The translations under genes and the position numbers were made by a program. A DNA stretch of 59,949 bases, the filler included, from Ionaspis alba (lineage: Eukaryota): assembly GCA_964255285.1 (NCBI GenBank). It is 2 parts of 2 records of this genome, joined end to end, with 100 filler letters (N's around TTAATTAATTAA, not from the genome) between each part and the next. Parts side by side here need not be neighbours in the genome. Positions count along the whole stretch, not along the records: positions 1 to 30,055 come from CAXUUL010000118.1; positions 30,156 to 59,949 come from CAXUUL010000119.1. One strand, 5' to 3'. Shown piece by piece: positions 24,266-35,468 of the stretch. Each line of letters opens with the position of its first letter. The stretch's first letter is position 1. The notes under the pieces were generated by a model. It saw only the letters and a list, made by a program, of their open reading frames with translations, had not been told where the DNA came from and did not search any database.

Positions 24266-26125
24266 CTAAAATTGATACCCTATCTTGTTGATCTCCCACC
24301 AAGCCGGCTGCTCCCTTGCCCACGTTGCAGCACCCCTGACTACCGCTACATCCTGGTATGATCGTTCCGTTTCAAGACCAATGTCACCCTGACGCCAAGT
24401 CTTCAGGCCAGGGAACCGGATCGCGGGATCGAAATTGACTAAGATGATGGAGGAAAGAGGCTCTTTGCCTGTAGACATGTAGACCACTGAGCGTTCGTCT
24501 GACATGACTTTGACATCGCGTGGTGGACCAGTTGTGGGATTCAGTAGGTTAATGAGGTTTGACGAAGCGACTTCAGGTGGCCATAACTTGATCCCGTTGT
24601 CGACGTACAGTTCCTCACTGATCTTTGTCGATATCAGGGGACTTGCTGGTTTCCGGGACCCGATCCGAAACCGAATATGATTTGCCTCGTCCAGCACAAC
24701 ATCCAGGAAAGCCGAGGAGCTAACGTTGTAGGTTCGATGTTTGGTGTTAGTAACAGTGAACTCCCGAGTCCCTGGTGGTCGTTGTGAGTTCCCATATTCG
24801 GAATGACAATATTGCCGTTGACGTTGCTGCGGTTCTGCAAGACAAGGTATCATTTCTGTTTCTGGCTCCGAAAGCATCGACTCAATCGTACCGTCAAATG
24901 TGTCGGAAGCTTCTTTGCACGGACTGGCCGCAATCTGAGCATAATAGTTTGAGGAGGTGGGATCCGGAATGAAATCGGGATCTTTATGAGGTGGGAAGAG
25001 CAACGGCTGTGTGTAGAAAGTTCGGCTTTGTTTGCTGAAGCCGTCTTGCCATTCTCGCCGACTCTCACGAATCATCAGCTGTCCAGTACTCTCGTCTCTT
25101 TCGAGCGCTAGATCTGTCCAGAGGTCGTGAATAGGACCCTCTCTTTGTTGCCGCCGCCAGATTCGCCATATTTCAGGCTTTGCTTCGTCGTCTTCTAGTA
25201 AATATCGACTGCCTCCATAGTAAGATGACGGATCATGTCCTTCGGCATCTACTGTTATCTGGCTGGTCAATACATAAAGATAGCCATCAATGATTTCAAA
25301 CACAACGGTAGATCCAATATCGACTGTTGTGAATCCACCCGGTGAAAAGGACTTGAGAGATCTGTTGCCTCTCGCCAGGTCAAATTTCCAGAATCTCCAG
25401 ATGTCGTCGTCGCTTCCTCCACTTCCGGAACAACTACCATAAACCAAGTACCTAGAGTCATGCCTGACGAATTGCCTGTGACCAGTGGGTAGCTTCTTAC
25501 ATATTAATAATCTCAAGTGATCCAAAGTATTTGGCTTAGTGTCAAACACAATAACGTATCCGTCGGATCCAGCGTCGGACTGAGGTGTACAAGATATTGA
25601 TACAACGTTGTTCTGATAATGTAAAAGCCTAAAGACGGAACTGCTAGCGGTTGTTCTTAATCTAGATTGAAACTCGATAACAAGCTCGGTGCTGGCGGCA
25701 TCGTGAATGTTAAGGACATGGACAGCACCTTCGCGTAGGTAACAGAGTGTTCCATCCCGGTGGAGAAAATCAGAGCCTCGTCCAATGATTAGGGCGGAAG
25801 CTGGCTGTGCGGATGCATAAGCACGCCTCCTGCGGCATGCACCGGAAAGTGCCGCTCGATATGTCGTGCGTCCAGATCTTGCCAGATCCGCCTCTTTTGA
25901 GAATGGTATGCATCTCTGTAAGGCGTCAACCAGGTTTGCTCCATTGACGGCCTTGTTGTGTAGAAGGGGACTTACTATTGCGATCTCTTTACACGTACTT
26001 TCGCTCCCGAGCACCTTGGACAAGCTTACGCTTGCCTCGGTCAAACTACAGTAATCTTGAAGATCAAGGTATGTCGTGATTTCTCTCAAAAGCTCTAGTG
26101 GCAGCGAAAGGATATCCAACGGCAT
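24266..26125 (-). CDS. F-box domain protein
   Basis: N-terminal F-box 'ILSLPLELLREITTYL', in-frame intron 25916..25975, and C-terminal motifs 'WRRQQREGPIHDLW', 'SSAFLDVV', 'IILVNFDP'. Confidence 0.85.
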   Translation of the reverse strand: MPLDILSLPLELLREITTYLDLQDYCSLTEASVSLSKVLGSESTCKEIAIVSPLLHNKAVNGANLVDALQRCIPFSKEADLARSGRTTYRAALSGACRRRRAYASAQPASALIIGRGSDFLHRDGTLCYLREGAVHVLNIHDAASTELVIEFQSRLRTTASSSVFRLLHYQNNVVSISCTPQSDAGSDGYVIVFDTKPNTLDHLRLLICKKLPTGHRQFVRHDSRYLVYGSCSGSGGSDDDIWRFWKFDLARGNRSLKSFSPGGFTTVDIGSTVVFEIIDGYLYVLTSQITVDAEGHDPSSYYGGSRYLLEDDEAKPEIWRIWRRQQREGPIHDLWTDLALERDESTGQLMIRESRREWQDGFSKQSRTFYTQPLLFPPHKDPDFIPDPTSSNYYAQIAASPCKEASDTFDGTIESMLSEPETEMIPCLAEPQQRQRQYCHSEYGNSQRPPGTREFTVTNTKHRTYNVSSSAFLDVVLDEANHIRFRIGSRKPASPLISTKISEELYVDNGIKLWPPEVASSNLINLLNPTTGPPRDVKVMSDERSVVYMSTGKEPLSSIILVNFDPAIRFPGLKTWRQGDIGLETERSYQDVAVVRGAATWAREQPAWWEINKIGYQF

Positions 26126-27983
26126 CACACTGACGGGTCGGACAAAGAAACGAATGTAAGTAAGATAATTTGGTCTTTATAGATGCTCCATCAGAAAAAC
26201 GACGAGATATACAGAAGACACAGCTTGATAGAATAAAATGCATCAACATTGAGAGCAGCACAATGAGGCGTGACATCCATGGCAAGGCAAGAGAAGGAGA
26301 AGGGTCTTGAAGTACTGATACCAACAACGCGATAGGAAAGAGCCTCAACGGTCTCACTGGGAGACCCCTTACATCAACACACTCAAGGGCGCCAATAGCG
26401 GGTCACGAAACGAGTCATGTCATCTACCTTGTCGTGTAAGACCATCGTGTAGCCACATAGCTTGTCTTGTGAGAGCTTCGCGACAGTCATACGGCCGTGC
26501 GTTGCGGCTCTTTAAATGAGGTCGTCACATTTTTGTTGAAGGAGACTAAGCCTGACCAGACGAAAGCTCTAGAGTCGTGAAGGGGGGGACCCGCCACAAA
26601 CGAGGCTAATTGCCTTGTCAATCCATATGACACGGTTGTGGAGGCTGTGTTAAGGCAAAGTTGGTGAGGTAGATTCTGTGTGATAGTTGAGCCTCATCAA
26701 CGAGCCTCACAACAATCTGCGCAGGTCGTTGGCCATAGGCAAGTCTTGTCCATAGCTTGCGTCTGCGCTCGAGCCCATAAGCCATTGCGCGGCATAAGGC
26801 ATGATCATCGGAAGGAAGGGAGCATTACTGCTCGTCTAATGATCCTTGAAATTTCACGGGCGATTGCCTTGGGGGCATTCATGCATGTAGAGAAGGCTTC
26901 GACGGTATCGGACGTCGGTGGAAATCTCCACAGCCGCAGCAGACCTCCCGCTTAACTCAATCCGAATCGCCTTCCGCTGTGTGCCGTGGCAAATGGAGGC
27001 TCTAATGCGGCTCTGCGTGTAGTACCCGCTTGCTATTTTCCACATGCCCCTCGTGCCAATACACATTACACATAAATTGAGAAATACGAGATTCGCCATC
27101 AAATAGTTGTGCAGTCTTACTCTAGGCGCTCTTGGTACAGTCCTTTTATCGATCTACAAGCGAGCCTATTATGGTAGACTTTATATCCCAGCCTCGACAT
27201 GACTGAGGCGTGGATGGCTGCTGTAAATCCAGGAAAGTGCAACAGGTATGTGCAAATAGGCAGGGCAAAGAGCAAGCTTAACCATTTAATGCCAGAGACT
27301 TGTGAGCGATCCCAATATCGATAGCATCGATAACCATGCTAAACCACAGGTCCGCAAACCCCAGCGAATCGGTCATTTCGACGAGGCTGTGGACTCGCAG
27401 ACGACAATGACTGCCGATTGGTGCCTCACAACTGAGGCATGCTTTCAAAATGAACTCTGTAGACGAGTCCAGGACCCCGCATCAATTCCCCACCATCCTC
27501 TTTGGCCAGCTCTCCGATGGACTTGCACAAGTGGCTGCAGCAGTCTTCACGGGGAAGCACTTGGCTTCTTCCGTTCCGTACTCCTTGAAACCACTCCTCG
27601 CATTGCAAATCTGGTGCTACGGCAGAGCAGTGCAAATAAGAACCTGGCGGAAAGAAGCTAAAGACTCCGTTGCACTCTTAGCAGATCGGGGATCAAAGCC
27701 TATGAAACTTGCGAGGAGAAGCCAGCCTGAGCATATCGCGCACGAACTGCAAACAGTAGGTGTATTGTAGGTCTAGATGTGAGCCACAAAGTCTAAGTCT
27801 AGACAAGCTTTTAAAAAACGAGACAACGCTACCACAACATGCTTGACTTTAGTTATATCGTTATGCTCCCTGCAATGCAAAAATATGCCGGATATCTGCA
27901 GAAAAGGACCGAAAGAATAAAAGCACAATTTGGAAGCCTCGAGAACCTTTTATTTTGCGGAACTTTCCAATACGTGAAATTTC

Positions 27984-28325
27984 TCACAAACTCACGTCTC
28001 CAAGATCCCTCATTACCACAGCGAGTTGTGCCCTCTTTGCCGCTTCCGCCACTAGATTGAAATCTCTCAGGAAAGGTGATGACGCCGTCGGATCGTTTAT
28101 ACTACCTCTTGTTCCATCACCAATGTATCTTGTGCTGTGTTGTTGATGCGTTGGCTGTGTCGAGGAGGAGGAAGTAGGCTGTTGATTCGTCGTGGTACTG
28201 GGTTGTGAGAGGGACGTTCGAGGTGGCTGAGGCGGAGGAAAACTAAATCGCTTGTCGTGGGTGTGTATTGCAGGTGATGGTAGAGGCGCCCCCGTTGCTG
28301 AGGCGTTGGCGGAGGACGACGACAT
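27984..28325 (-). CDS. Small conserved fungal hypothetical protein
   Basis: 113 aa. Low-complexity N-terminus and C-terminal 'SPFLRDFNLVAEAAKRAQLAVVMRDL', recalled as conserved in Pezizomycotina. Function unknown. Confidence 0.75.
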   Translation of the reverse strand: MSSSSANASATGAPLPSPAIHTHDKRFSFPPPQPPRTSLSQPSTTTNQQPTSSSSTQPTHQQHSTRYIGDGTRGSINDPTASSPFLRDFNLVAEAAKRAQLAVVMRDLGDVSL

Positions 28326-29421
28326 GCAAAGGTGTCAAGGCTGACTGGTACAAAGGTGTTGGGATCGGTGAGGGCGTTATTCAGTTCTCGCGGCGAGTGT
28401 GTAGGCTGACAGCAAGACGACTACAGTCGATGAGCCCACGCGTCTTGTAACCAGATCATCGGGAGACGGTGGCAACTTGCAGTTAAAATCGAGGATATCG
28501 TTTTCGCAGTTGGACAGACAAAGCTGTAATTTGTCTTTATTCTACATGAAGGACAAAAGGCTTCTATATTGATAGAAATTCAAAGAACGAATAACACGAG
28601 GACAGGCAGAAGTTTAACGGCGAAAATGACCCGAACGGTCATTTAATCTGGAGATGAAGGATTTCCCCCCGATCTGCCGCGGGATGAAATTGAAGCTAAT
28701 GTGGGGTTAGAAACGTGGGGAGAATGGCCGAAGAAGCAAACATGGCTTGAAGATCCCTATTGGTCCAGCCTCTGAGCTTCGACTGCGAAAATTGTCCCAA
28801 TAAACTTGTTTGAAGCTGGAGTCGCTCGTGAATATGTCGCAGTAGTACGCAACTATGTCCATGCCTATGCTGGTTGGCCTGATTCTGCGCTGTTGAGGCT
28901 CATAAAGTCGTTGCCTGCTTCATTATTGGCTGATCAAAAGCTGGAATAAGTAGTTCAATGGTGTATTCACACGCAGACAATCAATTATGCAAGGAGTAAG
29001 AATGGTTTGGTGAAATTGTCCCGTATGACATGATTGGAGCATTAATGGAGGGTGCTACAGCACTGGCAGGCTTCATTGTCACCTGAATCCTAAAAAACGG
29101 GGATTCTGAAGGACGGAATTTTGAAGTCTCGGTGTGGAACCTGCTGCCAAATGTAACCACACAACAAAACATTGCGATGCTATTCATGCTGTCAAGGAAT
29201 ACTTGTCGTGTTTTTCACAGGCAAGTTCCAGAACTCTCCGAAAGGAACGGCGGAAATGATGTCATAGGGCTGACCTTGTCGATGAGAAAACAAAACCCCC
29301 ACTAACCAATTCCCATCCTCAGCTTCTTCCAACAATCAACCAGACTTTCTCTTACCTAGACCTACTATACAGCTTCCTAATCAGTCATCAAGTTTCTTGA
29401 CATTCACTAATCAAACCCACC

Positions 29422-30055
29422 ATGTCCAACGACAACTCTTCAACCCTCAAGTCCTACATGGACCAAGCTGGAGGAGCCGTTCAATCAGCTCTAGGCTCTC
29501 TCACTGGCAGCACCGGTGACAAGGTAAGCTTCAAAACGTTCTTCACTTACAGTCACCAACCCCTCTACCTCTCTCATCCGATTCAATCAAATTTTCCAAA
29601 AATCATTGTCCTTAAATAACACAACTAAATGCCCCACCACAGGCCCACGGCGAACAAACCAAAGACAAAGCCGCCCTCGAAAAAGAAGCCTCCCACACCG
29701 TCGGCAAAGTCGGTCCCTTCGCAGTCTCCAGCTCCGGCGGCGTCGCCCAAGACAACCCCAACCGTACCGAAGGCAGCTGGAACCAGACCGTCGGCAGCGC
29801 CAAAGAGTCAATCGGGAACCTCGTCGGTGCCGAAGGTCTCAAGAAAGAGGGGGCACAGCAGAATGCTCAGGGCAAGGGACAAGAAGCTCAGGGCCAGTTG
29901 AGCGATTTGGGAACGGGAGTGGCGGATAGGGCGAAGGGAACGGCGGGAGCTGCCTTTGCTGGGTTGACGGGTGATAAGACTGCTCAGGAGAAGTATCAGG
30001 CACAGCATGATACTGGCAAGACGATGCAGAGGAGTGCGGAGGCGGATATTGATAA
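29422..30055 (+). CDS. CsbD-like/Hmp1-like stress protein, 3' end lost in a gap
   Basis: MSNDNSSTLKSYMDQAGGAVQSALGSLTG, intron 29524..29642, then 'GSWNQTVGSAKESIGNLVG', 'GKGQEAQGQLSD', 'QAQHDTGKTMQR'. The reading frame runs into the N gap at 30056. Confidence 0.88.
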
Positions 30056-30155
30056 NNNNNNNNNNNNNNNNNNNNNNNNNNNNNNNNNNNNNNNNNNNNT
30101 TAATTAATTAANNNNNNNNNNNNNNNNNNNNNNNNNNNNNNNNNNNNNNNNNNNN
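30056..30155. other. Artificial scaffold linker: 44 N + TTAATTAATTAA + 44 N
   Basis: TTAATTAATTAA at 30100..30111 places stops in all six frames and sits centred in a 100-nt gap. Confidence 0.93.
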
Positions 30156-30737
30156 GTGAGGGGTCATGGGGGGGAGGATGGTCCGTTGAATGTTATATGA
30201 TGGGTTTGTGAGGGTTGCGAGTCGATGGGCGATGATGGGGGAGGTTTTTGGCTTTTCCCGGAGAAGACGGCGGTGAGGGGTGATGGTCATGAAAAGATGG
30301 TGGTGTATGAGACGAGCTTTCTGTAAATTCCCCCAACCATGTTGAGCGGTTTTTCTTTCTTCTTTTTCTTTCGTCTTCTGGTCTGGTCTGGGGGTGGATC
30401 CTGCGACTGTATGAAGATGGTTTCTCTTCTCGTTTTCTTTTCCCATTCGATCACTTTCCCTAATGTAATCTATGTCATTGGGTGTATCACAAGCAGGACT
30501 TTGGGTTCGTTTGGGACGGGCCTGTTTGGGTGATTTTACATAGCTTTTTTCGTCGAATACAAATGAGATATTCTTCTATATGTAGCATGTTTGAAATGAA
30601 GGATAACGTATTTTCACATGTCCAACGTATAGTGTGGTCTCAAGGAGTTCTATGGTTTGGGCATAATATGCAATCTCGCTTGTGTTTCCCGTCGCCTTGA
30701 TCATTGGAGCATTATCCGACTTATTTCAGCTAATCTT

Positions 30738-32915
30738 ATGGAACCACTACCGCAGCCGCCAAAAGTCGACTGGGATAAAAATCTGTGCGAAGGTTGCAAT
30801 TATATTGATTTTCGCACAATCTTCGGCGGCGCGACCTGGGATGACAATTTCGACAGTGGTGGATGGAGTGCTGGCGGGGGCCAATCTCCTCGAGCCTTGC
30901 GCTACGTCAACAATACGCGTGAAACATGTTCTTTTTGCCGATTGATCTACTATGCGTTACAGGACGCAGATCTCTGGCACAATGTTGATACGCATGCTGT
31001 GTTCCTGTCACCACAGGTTCACGCATGGGTGTTTGGTGCAAAGGTGGAGTGGAGAGACCGCTGGAAGTCAAGGGTGGACAAGAAAATCTGGTTAAGAATT
31101 ACCAGCGATACTCAGGAAGTGAACTTTGACGAGGCTAAGAAGGTCGATATGGAGACCTGCGCTAGCATTCAGTTGCTTGCTCTGGATCCTGAATGTGCGA
31201 CTGGGTTGGATACACATCTAAACCGGATGGCGAAACAGTATCTAGAGAATGGTCTCACAAATCTGTTCAGTGATCCTAATCGTGTCGAACCTTCAGATGC
31301 GGAATTTCTCGACCGTATCTATCGCTCTACCGGTAGAGGCCGATGGGTTCCTGATGGCCAGGTCAATCTTGATATGCTGAGAAACTGGCTTGCGACTTGT
31401 GAGAATTTCCATGGCGATAAATGCAAACCGTATGACAACCAAGGATACCAACCGAGCAAACTTATTGACGTCCTGCGCGGTTGTGTCATTGACACACCTC
31501 CCAACTGTCGCTATTTCTGCTTGAGCTATGTCTGGGGAGGAGTTCCCCAGGTTGAGCTCAGAGCCAATACCGTAGAAAGGCTATTGAAAGACGGTGGCAT
31601 CACTGCAGAATCCTCCGATATACCACAAACAATAAGGGATGCGATGTTTCTAACTGAGAAGCTTGGTGCACAGTATCTATGGGTCGACAGTTGTTGTATC
31701 AGGCAAGACGATGATAGTAAGATTCAAGAGATCAAGAAAATGGATAGGATCTACAGTGGAGCCCTCTTGACCATTGTTGCGGCTGCCGGCGGTGATGCAA
31801 ACGCTGGTCTATCGGGGGCTCGGCCAGGTTCTCGGAACGTCAATCAGCATTGTGAATGGGTGAAAGGCCGTCGGTTGATGACGAGTCCTTCGGCTCCCAC
31901 CTATGAAAGGTTGAAAAGCAAATGGGAACGGCGTGGGTGGACGTTGCAGGAGCAAGCTCTTTCCCGACGCCTACTAATTTTTACCCAGCATCAAGTCTAC
32001 ATGCGGTGCCGTACTACGCATTTCTTCGAAGACGTGGTCTGCGAGATCCCAGTCGATAATATAAGCCTCGGCAGATTTCCTGACCAAGACCCGCTCAAAC
32101 CCTTTGATGTTCCAGATCACCAGAGGTGTGGAGTCGATTATTACCACAAGATAGTCGAGCATATCTCCAGACGGTCCTTCACGTTCCGGCTCGATCTTTT
32201 GGACGCTTGCGCGGGACTCCTGGCTCAATACCAGCGGAATATGGAGGATGACCTCGGCTTCACATTCGGCCTACCCTTGCAGCATTTCAACAGCGGTCTT
32301 TGTTGGATGGCTTTTGCTGCGCACCCGTCTACTCGCTCTTCGCGTTTTCCGAGCTGGAGCTGGGCCGCCTGGGAATCAGCCGTCTTTTACAAGCAGGACA
32401 CGACCGCCATAATCTCCAACATGGTGCAGCCAACCGTCTTTGATGATACCATACACGGACAGGCAGCCAATCTCTGCTGCCCGCAAAAATTAGAGCACTT
32501 CGACCCAGATAATCGAATACTGAAATTCTGGACCTCGTCTGCCCTTCTTACCGTTGATCGTGTCAAAATCGAGAGCTCTGCGGAAATCTTCACTGCCTTT
32601 AGAATCCGATCTCCGCGGGATCCGAAACTCTGTCTTGGGGCCATATATCTTACAAGGGAGTGGCGTGCAATGCTACCGGATGAGTTGGAGTTTATCTGTA
32701 TTGGCATTGAAGTGTATACCAATGGCGACAAAAAGTCGTTTGGGGTGAAGCTTTTGTGCATTGAATGGATCAACGGTATTGCATATAGGATTCAGCTGGC
32801 CCATGATATTCCTAAGGACGAAAATGGGTTCTACGTTGAGCCAGGGAAAGGGAGGCAAAGACTTGAGAATTGGGATGCGGTAGACGCGGAGGTCAAGTTG
32901 ATTGTTTTAGGCTAG
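30738..32915 (+). CDS. Heterokaryon incompatibility (HET) domain protein
   Basis: Intronless. 'WLATCENFH', 'YFCLSYVWG', 'PQTIRDAM', 'YLWVDSCCIRQDD', 'MDRIYSGALLTIVAA', 'RGWTLQE', 'FPSWSWAAW'. Confidence 0.93.
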   Translation: MEPLPQPPKVDWDKNLCEGCNYIDFRTIFGGATWDDNFDSGGWSAGGGQSPRALRYVNNTRETCSFCRLIYYALQDADLWHNVDTHAVFLSPQVHAWVFGAKVEWRDRWKSRVDKKIWLRITSDTQEVNFDEAKKVDMETCASIQLLALDPECATGLDTHLNRMAKQYLENGLTNLFSDPNRVEPSDAEFLDRIYRSTGRGRWVPDGQVNLDMLRNWLATCENFHGDKCKPYDNQGYQPSKLIDVLRGCVIDTPPNCRYFCLSYVWGGVPQVELRANTVERLLKDGGITAESSDIPQTIRDAMFLTEKLGAQYLWVDSCCIRQDDDSKIQEIKKMDRIYSGALLTIVAAAGGDANAGLSGARPGSRNVNQHCEWVKGRRLMTSPSAPTYERLKSKWERRGWTLQEQALSRRLLIFTQHQVYMRCRTTHFFEDVVCEIPVDNISLGRFPDQDPLKPFDVPDHQRCGVDYYHKIVEHISRRSFTFRLDLLDACAGLLAQYQRNMEDDLGFTFGLPLQHFNSGLCWMAFAAHPSTRSSRFPSWSWAAWESAVFYKQDTTAIISNMVQPTVFDDTIHGQAANLCCPQKLEHFDPDNRILKFWTSSALLTVDRVKIESSAEIFTAFRIRSPRDPKLCLGAIYLTREWRAMLPDELEFICIGIEVYTNGDKKSFGVKLLCIEWINGIAYRIQLAHDIPKDENGFYVEPGKGRQRLENWDAVDAEVKLIVLG

Positions 32916-35468
32916 TCTAGGAAGTTTTGAATATACACTGGGTCCTGTTTTGGTGTCATGTAATCGTCAATTTTTTTTATGGACTCCAGGGCTTACATGC
33001 GTAACGAAACGTACCTTATATAGCTTGCGAGGATGATTGATGGTTGGATTACAATAATTCCAGGGTCTGGTGCACGTAGCTGGACGTGTGTTTCTGGAGT
33101 TTCTGGATGTGGTCATCGATTGCTCGGTGCGCAGTACAGGGCATATATAAAGTCTGATGCGCTTGTGGTCGTGATCAGGAGGAGTTTCCCGCCGGTAATC
33201 TTTTCGGTATTTCGGAGGTACCGGGTCTCGACATTGTTTATATGCCGACGGCAAGGTGATAATGCTACAGCAGCGAAGTGCTGCCTGGTACGTCTTTACT
33301 GGAGGGTGTTCGAGAAGAGAATCCAACAAGGTGTTTAGGAACATTGGGAGGTTGTATTGGAACGATTGTCCGCAAGCGCCTCGTTAAGTATGATCGCACA
33401 ACCAGCCGATAATGGCTTACACATGGCTAAGGTACAATCATATGGAGGACGTTAGAACACCAAGACCAAATAGCTCCTGAGCTAGGATTATCTATATTTC
33501 TAGGAACTGAAAGGCCAAGCAGGAGCTCTGGCGTCACATTACCAAACTCGAGATTGAATTAATTTGTTTCACAAAACAGGATATTCATTTATCAACAATA
33601 AGAACCAACAAGATTTTTATGATCTTTCGTCTAAATTACTGATTGCCGCTTTTAAGATGTCTACCACCGCCTCGTCCGCGTCCATACATACATCAACTAT
33701 AATAACAACCACAAGGATTAGGGAGTACACCCCCTAAGCCGTACCAGTATATTAGGGACGATAAGGATAGTTGCCCCTGTCGAGAGTAACTATATGAGAC
33801 TTTTGGCCCAGTCGGCCACGGGGGCCCTATTCCCGAAAGGTTACATTCCCATAATTGCATGGACGCAAAACTAGAAGCCTAGAAGCTCCAACGCCGCTAT
33901 GTCTGATCCTCTTTATTCAATCAGAAAGAGGGCTGATTCATGCTTATATTTCCAACTACAAAGCTGACTGTACTGTAATCATCACTTCCCCAGATTCCAC
34001 ACATCTATATCGATAAGAACGGCGATGGCCGTCCACATAATGATGAAAGAGGCTTCGGGAAAGACGCTAGATCCGATCAAGGATTTAGGAGGTGGAAAGG
34101 TTGGATGGGGAATACTAGCTGCTCTAGCTGCGCGTTGCGCATGAAGAACATGCAAGGAAGCCCGCCGTCAGATGTGTATGTGCCTGATTTGACAACGGGG
34201 CTACGGGAACGACTACCACCTGTCTACAAACGCGTGAGCGAGGCACGGGAAACCAGTCCTTTTTTGCCCCGAAAGTCCTCGCTTCTTTGCTGTGCGCGAA
34301 CCAAGAGCCGCTGGCTGTGGAGTTTTGTTCGCTGAGTACGCCCTGTGTTGTGACGGCAGGAAGCTGACCTGGTTATTAGGATTGGTGAGGACGGTTGATC
34401 CGGGAATTACAAATTTTTAGTTGACGGAAACTCTGTGTACGGAGAGAGCTGAGAAGCAGGTAGCAAATGATCTTCTGCTACTGTTGCATCATGCACGTAC
34501 GAACCCAAAACCCCGTAGCAAGTGTAAATAATGAATAGATTGGGCTCAAAGGTGGTGGATATGAGCATAGTTGATAAGGTAGAACAGTTCACGATATGGG
34601 GCTCCATGCTGCGGCATTAAAGGGATCGGAATGTGCACGAGTTGCTATATTTACTTGCATTCTCCCCCCGGGCGAGTGCCCTTGTTCCCCCCCTAGTTTG
34701 GCCTGTTTTGGTTGGCAGCACAGGTAGATTTGCCCTTTGGCTTTGGCGTGGTCGCTTCGCTTTTGGAGTGAGAGCGGAACTGCCTGCCGCTAAACCGCTT
34801 GCGCGTGGCTGCTCTTGCCTTGGCTGGAAAGCCAACACTCCCTCGCACACTTCATCTCAACTCCACAAACCTCCCCTTCCTCTCACCCCCCAGGCCTACT
34901 GCTTGGTCTGCACTCTTCCGTGCATCAACTCTTCCTTACTCTCCAGTGTCGACTTCTGACCGTCGTCAAGCTGTCTCTGACCCTGAAACTTTCTCAGAAA
35001 AGCCCATCTGATCACGGTTTGGAGCCTTGCGAAGATCAGTTCTGTAAGTGGTACAACTTCGAAGATCGCTTGACCTAGAACGATCTCCAAGGTGCGTGAT
35101 CAAATCGTCGTGACGTTCCGACGCAAGGTCCCTACTTCACTCGAAGTTGCTCAGACAGTCGTATCTTGTTCTTCTGTCTTCTTGTCGATACTCCACCTCG
35201 TTCATCCGAGGCCTGCTTGTCTCACTCACCGCCTTAGTAGCTCGAAGATCTTTGGGATCCCACTAACATCTTTATCTATCAGCCTCAACATAATATCGAA
35301 CAACAATCAGTCTTCTTCCATTCACGAAATACCCCATCATCCGTCAGATCCCATAAATCCGAGCTTCGACAATCGATCTCAGCCTGCCTTCACGACCAGC
35401 TTATGACAACCGATCGAACCTCAACATAATCTAATTATCACAGCCCTTCAGGGTCATCAGACGTCAAA

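Noticed and set aside
32967..34100. Possible degenerate transposon or gene relic after the HET gene
   Set aside because: Somewhat AT-rich, but no recognisable transposase motif or terminal repeats.
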